From Alphaproteobacteria bacterium (GTDB lineage Bacteria; Pseudomonadota; Alphaproteobacteria; UBA828): a stretch of 64,000 bases of DNA. The notes below the pieces were generated by a model that searched no databases, had not been told where the DNA came from, and was given only the letters and a program-made list of their open reading frames with translations. The position numbers and the translations under genes were made by a program. The stretch spans positions 32,001 to 96,000 of the forward strand of contig CAXXMU010000001.1 in assembly GCA_963667785.2 (NCBI GenBank). The letters are read 5' to 3'. This document shows, in pieces, positions 63,753 to 64,000 of this stretch. Numbering within the stretch: the first letter of the stretch is position 1; every line of letters begins with the position of its first letter.

Positions 63753-63947
63753 GAGACTGTAAAGCGCGCGCCTGCGGGATCGTCCCGGCTGCCGCCGGCG
63801 CTCCCGGCCGCCGTCCCCCCCGCGCGCGGCCGCCCTGTTCGCCCGTGCGCTCGTTCTGTATATGTGGCGCAGCATTTGAGGCGCTGCATAGGTGGCGCAC
63901 TGGCCGGGTCGGCACAGGCGGCGCGGCAACAAGCGGGAGGTGAACCG

Positions 63948-64000
63948 ATGGCCAAGTTTCCGACGGTACGTACACCGACGATCGAGGAGGTGCTCGACAT
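63948..64000 (+). CDS. Start of a CDS running off the window (possibly an amidase)
   Basis: GGAGG RBS then MAKFPTVRTPTIEEVLD; only 17 codons visible. Confidence 0.45.
   Translation, partial: MAKFPTVRTPTIEEVLD

Overview
High-GC alphaproteobacterial chromosome segment. The gene set is Rhodospirillales-like, and the SRCR/Calx-beta/FN3 autotransporter suggests an animal symbiont, possibly of a sponge (inference). 1-11 kb holds housekeeping genes (atpC, rppH, ctpA, folK, NYN, UDG, smpB, dapA, lytic transglycosylase, MlaA). 11-40 kb is a patchwork of amine/amide catabolic and detox enzymes plus recG. 40-50 kb is a surface-protein locus: a frameshifted SRCR-domain autotransporter, a LuxR regulator and a Cache-domain autotransporter. 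50-64 kb holds transport and redox genes and a passenger-less inverse-autotransporter barrel next to a Cys-rich lipoprotein. I saw no rRNA, tRNA, CRISPR array, integrase or transposase. The main non-obvious signal: several single accessory genes sit between ~18-36 bp imperfect direct repeats that duplicate the end (or start) of the neighbouring gene. The clearest is a second, synonymous-variant copy of the last 12 codons of ggt, 2002 bp downstream. This suggests recurrent integrase-free gene capture at gene termini. All alignments were done by eye and functional calls come from recognised motifs, not database searches.
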